From: Pocillopora damicornis
Lineage: Eukaryota
NCBI RefSeq assembly: GCF_003704095.1
Contig: NW_020844647.1
Span: 186,001-250,000, forward strand
Direction of reading: 5' to 3'
Length of the DNA stretch: 64,000 nt
A program made the translations under genes and the position numbers. Shown here one piece after another: positions 26,553 through 37,389 of the stretch; position 1 is the stretch's first letter, and each line of letters begins with the position of its first letter. The notes below the pieces were generated by a model. The model was not told the DNA's origin and did no database searches. It worked only from the letters and a program-made list of their open reading frames with translations.

Positions 26553-26999
26553 TCAAACCTCCACAGATGTACCATTTTGTTCCGTGGTCGTTGCTCCACT
26601 ATCCACTGCGCTCTTGGTAGCTTTCTTTGATGGTGTTCGTTTCTTTTTAGGCAGTTCTTCTGTCGTTTGAAGCTTAATCCCAGCTCTTTGATTCGCTACA
26701 CGACTGCTCACTCTTTCCGGGGCTTGTCTTCCTTTCTTTTCCGTCTTCGGTTTCTTGGCGGCTGGTTCGCTGCTTTCGGTCTTCTTTGGTCTTCCACGTT
26801 GTCTTTTGGAAGGTTGTTCGTCATTCGATTTCTCTTCTGCTTCTCCTTCTTCTTTAGATGGTTCTTGGTCGCCATGTGCTTTCTCTACCTCCGTGACCTC
26901 GGCTCGCTCCGTCGATTCCTTGTCCGTATTATCAACTACCGCCGTTTCAGTAGCACTAGGCTCACCCGTTTCTTCGACTATAGTTTTCTCTTCTGTCAT
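26553..26999 (-). CDS. Small intronless chromatin protein: acidic N-terminus, AT-hook, basic C-terminus
   Basis: 148-aa ORF in a good start context (accgccATG). Canonical AT-hook KRQRGRPKK, NLS-like PAAKKPK and PKKKR, and an RVSSRVA motif. Composition is biased to E/K/T/S. Confidence 0.75.
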   Translation of the reverse strand: MTEEKTIVEETGEPSATETAVVDNTDKESTERAEVTEVEKAHGDQEPSKEEGEAEEKSNDEQPSKRQRGRPKKTESSEPAAKKPKTEKKGRQAPERVSSRVANQRAGIKLQTTEELPKKKRTPSKKATKSAVDSGATTTEQNGTSVEV

Positions 27000-28898
27000 G
27001 GCGGTCTATTTTCCTTTATTTCCTCGATCTTTCGTCGATCTATTGACCATTCCGAGCGATCCAACTCTACTGCCCACAAAGCGATCACACTCCAATGCAC
27101 ACAAACAGGATGTTCTTCATTCGGTGAAAACCACTAAAACCGGTTTTGAACCGGTTTTGTATGACAGTTAGCGATCTATTAATAATCCTCTAGCATTTGA
27201 TTGACAGCAGCAAATTTTAATTGTCACAAGCTCTTGACATCACAGCAGCGTAAGGTCTTATCCAGATGTTATGTCATGTAGGTCATTACTTCTCTATTTA
27301 TGGATATGGGTGAAAGCTAATTCTCGTGATGGCTGCTTGACTAGTTAATGAACTGTAGAGAAATAATTCGACTGCTTTAGGACGTGCGGGGTTTTCCCTA
27401 ACACTAGCCGACTTCATGTAAGAGTCATCATAGTATCCATAAAGCTCTCTCTTACGAAACATTGACTGACTACTCCCCTTTTTTTCAGTACATATCATTC
27501 CCATCAATAAAAATTAAAGTTACAAATGAAGATAGTTATTCCATCATCTCACAAGCCACAGTCATAGGTGTTTGAAATTCCCTGAGCTTTGCCTGACAAA
27601 TGTAAAATTTCCCTGACCAACTGAATAGGCCATTTTTGACATATAAAAATTCCAGCATGGTTCTGAGGCTAGGGGTAATAAAACAAAAGAAATTAATCAT
27701 TCATCCCTCAAACTCAATGTGATTTCTTTTGTTTTATTTCCCCAAGCTTTGGAGCCTCTAAGTTGAATTTTTAATATATCAAAAATGGAATATTGACAAT
27801 TTCACAAACAAATCATGATCATATCTTCCAACCACACCCTCAAAGCTATCTTCTCCATCCATAAAATAATGCCTTCAGCAAGCCAAATATAGTTTACATC
27901 AATTGATACATCCTTAAGAAGACATGGAAAATTGATCAATTTTTCTGGAAACTTGAAATCAGCTTGTTGATCAATTTAATCAAACAATATTAGATCACTC
28001 CAACCCCTTTCATTTCTCTGAAATGTACCAAAGAATTAGAATATTAGAAAATGAAAATTGGTGAAAAAGAAATCCATGATTTCATTCACAAACCATCTTG
28101 AACTTGCATTACAAAGGAAAAGGATATCACTACATGTAAGTGGATCAAGAGTCTGTGAACTGCATAAAACAATGTGCCTGAGAAACATTTACATGACAAA
28201 GAAAAAAGCCCTGCCATGTTAAATCATGCAGACGGCCATGACAAGATAAAAAACATGATATTGTCCTTGAAATTTCACTTCTCCCCAATTTCTCCCAGAG
28301 CTGTAAATTTTCCCTGACTCAAACTGAAATTCCCTGACTTTTCCCTTAAAGAAATTTATTTTATTCTGTGACTTTTTCCTGACCTGTGGTAACCATGTCT
28401 CAGTACTAAAACCTTGGCTAGGAAGCTTGATTTTACCATAGTGGTAACTTAAGAGAAAAACTACCTTAACAGACCAAAACAATGGCAAACATTTTATTGT
28501 TTGTAACAGTTACAGTTACTGTACACATTACTTCTCAAGGTAACACACTGTAATTATTTTTCACAGGTTAGACCTCTCTTAGTGAGAAAAAATAACAAGT
28601 CACATGATCGTGTTGTGATAAACATCAACAATTTAAGTTGTAATAACAGCTCTGTGCAAAGTGCTAAGGGCTGTTTCTTAGCTCACTAAGTCAGCCTCCT
28701 CCAGGTTAAAACTTTCCAGGTCTGCACACATCTCTGATCCCTCTGTACATTAGATGAGAAACACAGCTACCAACAGCAGATGTTGTGGAGCAACTTGGGT
28801 TTATTAGTATAAAAATTAAGTTCCAGCAGTTGATAGAGACAAAATGTAAAATTGATCTAAGCTTCTCTTTTAATCAAACTATATAAAGTCAGCTGTTC

Positions 28899-31800
28899 TC
28901 AAGGGGTGTTGAAATCCAAGTTGGTTCGTACCACAGGCGACATACTTGTTTCATGGTCAACACTTATATTTCCAAGTGATAATTCTTGGGTGAAGGCATC
29001 TGCACTCTCTCTGGCACCATCTCCACTGGACCGGCTGTTGGAAATTTGGCGAAGCAGTCCTTTGCCCTCTTCTCTACCCTAAGGAAACGAGAAAAGTNNN
29101 NNNNNNNNNNNNNNNNNNNNNNNNNNNNNNNNNNNNNNNNNNNNNNNNNNNNNNNNNNNNNNNNNNNNNNNNNNNNNNNNNNNNNNNNNNNNNNNNNNNN
29201 NNNNNNNNNNNNNNNNNNNNNNNNNNNNNNNNNNNNNNNNNNNNNNNNNNNNNNNNNNNNNNNNNNNNNNNNNNNNNNNNNNNNNNNNNNNNNNNNNNNN
29301 NNNNNNNNNNNNNNNNNNNNNNNNNNNNNNNNNNNNNNNNNNNNNNNNNNNNNNNNNNNNNNNNNNNNNNNNNNNNNNNNNNNNNNNNNNNNNNNNNNNN
29401 NNNNNNNNNNNNNNNNNNNNNNNNNNNNNNNNNNNNNNNNNNNNNNNNNNNNNNNNNNNNNNNNNNNNNNNNNNNNNNNNNNNNNNNNNNNNNNNNNNNN
29501 NNNNNNNNNNNNNNNNNNNNNNNNNNNNNNNNNNNNNNNNNNNNNNNNNNNNNNNNNNNNNNNNNNNNNNNNNNNNNNNNNNNNNNNNNNNNNNNNNNNN
29601 NNNNNAGAAAGGATGGAGGGTACTTGGGAGGGAGAAGCAGGATGGAAAGGAAGGATGGAGGAAGGTGGTTTGCTGGTAGGAAGCAGGGTGGAAAGGAGGG
29701 AGGGAGAAGCAGGGTGAAAAGGAAGGATGGAGGAGGGTAGTTAGGATGGAGAGCAGGGTGAAAAGGAAGGATGAAGGAGGCTGGTTAGGAGGGAGAAGNN
29801 NNNNNNNNNNNNNNNNNNNNNNNNNNNNNNNNNNNNNNNNNNNNNNNNNNNNNNNNNNNNNNNNNNNNNNNNNNNNNNNNNNNNNNNNNNNNNNNNNNAA
29901 AGCCAGGAAAAAGGAAGGGAGGTCTAGGGGAGGAGGAATGTGAAGGAGTGAGTGTGAGGAGAAAGGAGAAAGGAAAGGATTGAGAAAGGTAGGAAGGAGG
30001 AGAGGAAGGAATGAACGGACAAAAGACAAAACGACAGTTAAACAAATGATTGTTTAATGAGGAAAAGAGAACTAAAAAAACTAATTTACCTCATTAAATT
30101 CACAACACTTGTGTGCATACATCTCTGCAGCTTCTAGATTTCTATTCTTCAGATTGTATCTTGCCAAAAACACATATGCAGAACACAAATCAGCCACAGA
30201 CATTACCTGTAAAAGAAAAATATATATATATAATATTATATATATATATTATATATATCAACAACATTCATTTTTATAAATCTGATAAATCATTGGCTGG
30301 TTTCATGGTCTAGTATACACTTACTCCAACAACTTCTGTCTGTTCTACATAACGGTTGTATTGAGTGGCAGCGTCATTATCCTCATTAAGATGTTCGTGT
30401 AATCTAACAAAAACAGAAAACCATTTCAGAAAACATGGTAAGCTACAAGTTAAGTCAACATATTAGTATTCATTACACATAAAAGCAATAAATTATAATA
30501 CCTTGCTAGCTTTATCACAGCCATCCCTTCAAGATCACCAACTGACATTGCCCTGAAATAACACTGAAAAAAAATTTTTTTCGATCATCCAGCCAACTTT
30601 GATGGACTGCTAAATGTCATTTTCCACAATTGGAGACAAAAGACAAAAGTTGTAAGAACTACAGAAAACAAAAACTCACTTTTTTAGCTTGCTGCATACT
30701 GTTTAACTTTTCATAGCTTTCACCCAAAGCAACTAACATCCTTGAGTCATTTGGTCTGCAAAACAATACATCAGAAAGTTTTATTGGCCACACTTTTTCC
30801 CAAACACACTTTAATCTTCACAGTCAAAATCAGCTGGTAAGAAATCATGGTAAATACCTGAATTTGTGAGCCTGTCTATAGTAATACAAGCAATAGAATG
30901 GCATTTTCAGAATTTCATATGTTTGTCCTAATCCATACCATGCTCTGTAGTCTCGATAATTGACTTCTAGAAAGCAATAACGAATTCTAGTTCAGTATGA
31001 CGATTGAGATTAACTTGAAAAGGTTTATATTATTTGCTCACTGAGCATCTGATGGTTCTTGCTTTTTCTTGTATGAAGTGCTTGTCTACACATCTATTCT
31101 GTTCTAGACTCAAGTGACCCGTCCAGCCTGAGCTTATTCCAACTTCCATGGCATGAGGTGAATGGGAGTATCACTGCTAACCCCTAGAGAAGATACCAGT
31201 CCAGTCCCCCACCCTGCAACTCATCAGGCTTCCCAGACAATTTGTTGGTACCCATTCCCAATCCTACCTTGTAGGTGGAGAGAGGCACTGTAAATGTTAA
31301 GTGTCTTGCCCAAGAAAACAACACTATAACCCAGCCAGGTCTCAAGCCAAACCACCAACCCCAGTCCAGCGCATAAAGATGTTCTTGTCCGCACACCGGC
31401 AGTTTAAAATCATTTTTACATGACTTTCATTTTAACCTACAACATAGCCACCTTGAACAATATGTGTTTTCAGGATTATACCACTTCTTGCATGTGAAAG
31501 TGCCCAAAAAAATTCATTATAATAATATTGCAACTAGCATAAAAGACCTCATCTTTACACAACAGTTTACCTATGGCTTTCCTGTAGGCTTCTATAGCAG
31601 CTGAAGTATTCTTCCTCTCCATAAACTCATGCCCCATTAAAGTCCAAGCAGATGTGTACTGTGGGTTTAGTTTCAGAGCACGTTGAAAGTATGTCACAGC
31701 CTTTTCGTGCTGGTCATGGAGGCTGTAATAATTTCCTAAAAGATCATTCCAAGCAATTTCTTTAATTTATACATGTGGAATCTGATTAAAAAACCATTTA

Positions 31801-34800
31801 TTTAATGTTGAAGTTAAAAAAAGTTGGTTTAATAACAACTTTTGTGAGCCACAGAGAACTTTCAGTCAAGAGCAATACTAACCTATGACACAGCATGTTT
31901 CCTCTCTGTACCTATCAATACTATTTGTGTGGTGTGCTAAGTAACTAAGTTCTGGTTTCATTTCCTGCAAGATTAAAATCAATGCTCCTCTATTTAATAG
32001 CCAGTTAAATAAAGTTATATCAGTGTTACTTTGTTCACTTAGTTAAGAGAAGAAGGATGGCAGATGGTTCTTCTTGTTTCAATCTGCCTATCAACCATCA
32101 ACTAAAAAAAATATCAAACTGCCCTAAAACATTTTAACACTCACCTTTACATAAAGAATATTGGAGTAAGTGTCCATGTGCTCTAGGGAACATGGATCTT
32201 GTTCTCTGACTTGTTTGAACAGCTTACATGCAGCATCAAAATCTGCAACCAACAGATAAACAATAGCCAATACATAATTTGTAAAATTTAGTTCAATATC
32301 ATTAGCTCTCTGACTTCACAGATGGCATGTGCATTCTCCCTTGACAGCCCTTATCTCAGCTACAACCTTCTGTAGTTCTGTAACTTTGGAAACTCAACCA
32401 GATGCATTATAAGATGTTTGAATTATATCTTCAATCAAAATTATATCAATCCTGGTCAATTAAACCATTGCATTACAATACAGTGGAAAGCCAGAAGCCC
32501 TTTTTAGCCCTGTATTTCAGGGGATCATTTTTGATTTTAGGCTACCAAATACTAAATTTGTAGAAATTTGAGCCTGAAATCCTGAAAATCAAATATGTGA
32601 GCAAAAGTAAAAGGAATAAAAAATAATTGCTCAAAGACCCTCAAACTTTAGCAAAAGAATCTGTGGCATCACTGCTCTCCAATTTCAAATAAGTATGACC
32701 ATAGAGGTAGGTGGAACAACAAGAAATTATGAGAGATTGACCACACTCAGATAATCTTGACAGACTTGTACCTCTGGCATGGTACTGTGCTAGAGCTGTT
32801 TGCAGTAAGACATATTTGTTGTCAGCAAATCCAGCTTGGCTCAGTTTTGTATATCTCTCCAGTCCTTCCTCATTCAACTGAAGATCAATTGCAACATGAG
32901 CTTGGAAAAACTGAGCCATCCAGTGGGAGGGAAGGGTCAATGACTGTAGCTAAACATAAAGAACACAGTATGACTTTAACTGAGCCATTCAATGGGAGGG
33001 GAGGGTCACTGACAGAGTCTAACAAAGAACACAATGTAACTTTAACTGAGCCACCAAATGGGAGGGAAGGGTCACTGACAGAGTCTAACAAAGAAATCAC
33101 ATCAGGACTAAGTGAGCCATCAAATGGGAGGGGAGGGTCACTGATAGAGTCTAACAAAGAAATCACATCAGGACTAAGTAAGCCATCAAATGGGAGGGGA
33201 GGGTCACTGACAGAGTCTAACAAAGAAAACACATCAGGACTAAGTGAGCCATCCAATGGGAGGGGAGGGTCACTGACAGGGTCTAACAAAGAAAACACAT
33301 CAGGACTAAGCAAGCCATCAAATGGGAGGGGAGGGTCAAAGACCACTGCTAAATGTGAAAAACACATAATATCAGATCTCTTTCATAATGGCACTCATGG
33401 TTACTTTTCTTGTATGTGTAGGCAGATTACAAACCTTCTTGGCATTATTTTTTAGTGTAAATTCTATTTGTTTTTTAATCATGTTGTCAAGGTCTGAAAG
33501 GCTAATTTACATGAATAAACAGAACAGCAATTATGTCTGCTTTTTATGAAAGAGGTCTGTGTCTAAAAACTAATGTTCCAGGTTTGATGATAGGAAACTC
33601 CTTTTCTCTACTTGAATCTGAAAATAAAATAATATACATGACACCAACTGACTCAGATGATAGCATCTACAAAGGGGTGTTGCAATATCAGACACTACTG
33701 CAGACAACAGTCCTTCTCAAGAACACTCCCACCTACAGGATTGCAGGATCAAATATCACTCACTCCTGCATTCAAACCATTTATGGCAAGTGCTAATTCA
33801 GTGACGCTTTCAAGAAAGGATGGCACAGCCTCTGTCTCCAACATTTAATCAAGAGTAGCATGGAATCATTCAAGTAAATACATAAGTAACAAACAACTCA
33901 TACCATTTCCTTGTCCGTACAGAGAGATGACAGCTCCAGCCAACTGCCCCAATGTAGAGGCTCCTTCTTCACAGCTTCTAGCATCACCTCAAGTGCTTCT
34001 TCTCTTAGATCAAGTTTTTTAAGTATAACACCCAATCTATTATTTAAAATCAAATGGACAATTAAAAAAAACTCATTTGCTTGACAATCACAGAGCAAAA
34101 ACTGTGCTATGGAGTTAATAATTTACAAAACATCAATATACCTCCTATTTAATGACCTTCCAGGTATTTTGCATGGATGGATATTATAAAAAGAAGGTAT
34201 ATGTTACCAGTAATCACTTCTGGGGTTAAAGAGTGTGGTAACTAAATGCAAACTTATTTTAACAGGATGGAAAAGACACAACATAGCAAACCCAACTCAG
34301 AGAATCAACTCTTACAAGAAGAGACAGAATCCATCCAGTTTTTCACGTCTTGCACAGAGTCCAGATCTCAGCCACGTCAGATGCTCATTTTTCACATTTT
34401 CTTGAGGACCTTTCAAGAGTCAATGACAGTTATGATGAATTTTAAATCCATAAAGTTCTAAACAGCAATTATTAAGTGTTCTATTGCTTACATAACCCGT
34501 TAACTCCCAAGATTAGATTGTTAATTCTCTCCTCTAGTCACTACACACCTCCTTTTATTTTAGTGTCAAGAACTTAGTGTAAAATTGTGACAGCAACTTC
34601 TACCTGACAAGTTTGAGTATTCTCTTTACCTGTTTAGTGGATAATGCATGGATGTTATGCAGAGAAGTTAAATGTTTATCATTTCTGGGAGTTTAATGGT
34701 CAAGTCAGGAATGAAGCCAAGTGGCTCATTTGGNNNNNNNNNNNNNNNNNNNNNNNNNNNNNNNNNNNNNNNNNNNNNNNNNNNNNNNNNNNNNNNNNNN

Positions 34801-35839
34801 NNNNNNNNNNNNNNNNNNNNNNNNNNNNNNNNNATATAACATTCCAAGTGAGATTTAACCCTTTACAACCTAAGGTCAGTATGCATATTCTCCATACTGC
34901 TCTCAGTACATTTTCTAAGGTGCTGACAAGGAGAATCAAGAGCTTCCTTAGTTGGTGATCATTTCTGTTACTCTTGTAACCTTTATGTGTGATTCAAGGA
35001 TGATATTGTAAGGAGAAATTGGATGATAATCACTCTTAGGGGTTAAAGGGTTAATAAAGCCCGAGGCTTACAACATCAAACATGTAGCCTTCTACCAAGA
35101 TATTGCTTCTTACCAAATAATGTGAATACATAAGTAAGAAGTATCCTTTGTGACTTGTACAATCCTCCAAGAAGAAAGCTGCTCTCTTAAACTCTTTCAG
35201 GTCAAAATATGCCTTCCCCAAGGTATATTTATCAAAATCTTTCAAAAATTCGGGATCTCGATAATCAGTCGCAGGAAGATGTTCAGGTGTTGCAAAGGAT
35301 GGAATGGAAAATGCCAACTCAGCTGCCCTACGTGCAGAAGAGAAAATTTATATGAGCTGACTGATATAAAAATATTTCATCATTTTTTTTTACTGATTTT
35401 TTGACACGCACCTTCATTAGATTTTGTAGCTTACCGATCGATATAAATAGGGAGCCTCACTGCTAAGGTTAGCAGAATTATGTCAAGTTTAAGAAAGAAT
35501 GTTTAAGTGTTCTTCACATAAGAAATAAGAAAAGTTATCAATAGGTCTATCGGTGGAGACGTAAAAACGCAAGAAAGCAGAACCGCAGGAAAAAAAATCT
35601 ACGAATGCAATGGAGCAAATAAAATAACTCTGCACATGATCATGATTGCAGAACGTCGAAGGTCCTCTGTGCGGCCAAAATGTTTCATCTTTGTAAATTC
35701 AGTAATGCATAAAATCTCTTTAATTATCTGGCTCTTACCACTTAGCACTGTGAAGCAAGCCTCTCTCTGAGCATTCTTTAACCGCGTAAAGAAGATCCCT
35801 CTTGATTTCCGGCAAAGAAACATTCGACACAGCCGCCAT
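28899..35839 (-). CDS. CDC23: Cell division cycle 23 / anaphase-promoting complex subunit 8
   Basis: Exons 35839-35739, 35327-35114, [one phase 0-to-1 exon missing, probably in the gap at 34734-34833], 34409-34316, 34036-33904, 32949-32772, 32242-32145, 31964-31883, 31735-31571, 30966-30858, 30755-30680, 30563-30502, 30403-30325, 30206-30090, 29078-28899. Motifs: [76 protein letters not shown]. Confidence 0.95.
29606..30020. repeat. Purine-rich (GGA/GGAA) low-complexity tract flanked by gaps
   Basis: Almost exclusively G/A on the plus strand; adjacent N-runs at 29098-29605 and 29799-29898. Confidence 0.85.
31120..31380 (-). mobile_element. tRNA-derived SINE with conserved core
   Basis: Contains gtggagagaggcactgtaaatgttaagtgtcttgcccaagaaaacaac, the core typical of widespread metazoan SINE2 elements. 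Confidence 0.6.
32910..33370. repeat. 66-bp tandem repeat (~7 copies) derived from a CDC23 intron/exon junction
   Basis: The unit gagccatcaaatgggaggggagggtcactgacagagtctaacaaagaaa... recurs every 66 bp; the copy at ~32910-32975 overlaps the real exon start. Confidence 0.92.
34855..35054. mobile_element. piggyBac-type MITE (family 2, full length)
   Basis: TTAA-CCCTTTA ... TAAAGGG-TTAA terminal inverted repeats. Confidence 0.75.
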
Positions 35840-35974
35840 CTTTCAAAAGCCCGCGCACAACGACGGAGGGGGAATGGTTCGAGGGTTACCAGTGTTTTCT
35901 CGGCTTCAGGAAAAGGTACTATCGAGATTAACGACGTTGCAGTGAGTTGTTAGCTTATCTTAGGTTCTCAAAGA

Positions 35975-36172
35975 GGTTAACCGTTAGCTGTAAAACGGCC
36001 AATAAATTTAGTCGTTAGGCGGAAAAGTTGACAAGTTTTAGCCGTAGTCGTAAAAAGAGTTAACCATAAAATGTTTTTCTTCTGATAACAAAGGAAGGAA
36101 GTTAACCGTTAGCCGTAAAATAGCAAAGATTTTAACTGTTAGCGGTAAAAGCCATCACCCCATTGAGACCCT
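35975..36172. repeat. Dispersed repeat with internal ttaaccgttagccgtaaaa units
   Basis: About five internal units ending in gccatcaccccattgagac; a second copy lies at ~55012-55157. Confidence 0.7.
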
Positions 36173-36329
36173 CCTATCTCAGTGACAATGAAACACACAT
36201 TTTTCTTGGCTTTCCTTGCAATACCAGCAACAATATATATATATGTGGAAAATATCCCAAATTGCGATATGGCAGGAGCCCATTACTTCAAGTAATGGGC
36301 TCCTGGATATGGTAAAAAGATATTGATAA

Positions 36330-36355
36330 CGATAATAATAATAATGATGATGATG

Positions 36356-36400
<45 letters not shown>

Positions 36401-36421
36401 TTAGTAATAATAATAATAATA
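36330..36421. repeat. (ATA)n microsatellite
   Basis: Direct ATA/ATG trinucleotide run. Confidence 0.95.
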
Positions 36422-37389
36422 GTTTTAAGGTCTCTTACGCAGTGGACCTTTGTGAATCGTGGTTTCTGTCAGTCTTCATCAGAACAAGATTTAACTTATC
36501 TTAGTAACAAAATCCCATGATGTATAAACAAGGACCCATTTTACCAGGACGATCAAGAGAGAATCGACTTCATCTAAACTACACACAAGCAGGAAATAGG
36601 CTCCTGATGCAAGGTAAATGCACATGGGTAAAATAGGTATTGCATGGCATTCTTGTGTTTGAGCTTCCATGACTTTTGTTCAGGTAACGCTGTGTTTTTA
36701 ATTTTTTGGCAGTTATGCTAAGAAGGTAAGCTTGCCAAAAAAATTATCTTTATTTAATCTGATGTTCACCTTGAAATGATTACTTTGCCTTGCAGTAATA
36801 ACCATTGTTACTAAAAATTGAATTATGCATTATGAATGATAAATAGACGAAGACAATTTGACTCTACATTATCTTTGTTCGTCTCATTCCTAATTTCTCA
36901 TGGCATGTACGTGTGGGCACATTGGAATTTTCAGACTTTTTATCCAATGATCAATCATCTCTGTACTCGATTAGAGGAGCCATTCAATAAGGTAGTTAAT
37001 GGACCAATCGTGTCAAAAAAGCAAACAAACAATAAAATGAAACAACATAAAATTAAAGGCAAGACACTGCGCTTTCACACGTTACCAAGAGGGCTGAATA
37101 AAAAAAAAGAGTACTTCGCGCGAGGAAGAACAATTACATAAATGAAAAGCGAAAAAACTCAAACACAATTCCGTACATTTCTATCATTAAAAACATTTAT
37201 TTTAAGCAGCTATAACGAGATTTTGACACTCCTTTGTAATGAATGACACTAGTATCTATTCTTTTATTAGTTGTTATTACTAATACAACAAGGTTTGGCT
37301 GTTATAACAAGTTACTTTTTTATAATCCCATGCAACACCTTACAGAAACTTGACAGCGCCTTTTCTTAGTTTCAAACTACAGTTTGTTT

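Noticed and set aside
26667-27171. 156-aa and 138-aa plus-strand ORFs
   Set aside because: Antisense shadows of the AT-hook gene at 26553-26999.
28986-30045. Long ORFs spanning N-runs (also 14011-14370, 34644-34958, 48558-48917)
   Set aside because: Open only because of assembly gaps and low-complexity sequence.
32757-33455. 232-aa (+) and 160-aa (-) repeat-rich ORFs
   Set aside because: They arise from the 66-bp (multiple of 3) tandem repeat, and are antisense or out of frame to CDC23, with no independent gene signals.
35975-36172. Regularly spaced short repeats resembling a CRISPR array
   Set aside because: Eukaryotic context, degenerate units with short irregular spacers, no cas genes, and a second dispersed copy at 55012; it is an interspersed repeat.
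36323-36520. Poly-Ile ORF
   Set aside because: Translation of an (ATA)n microsatellite.
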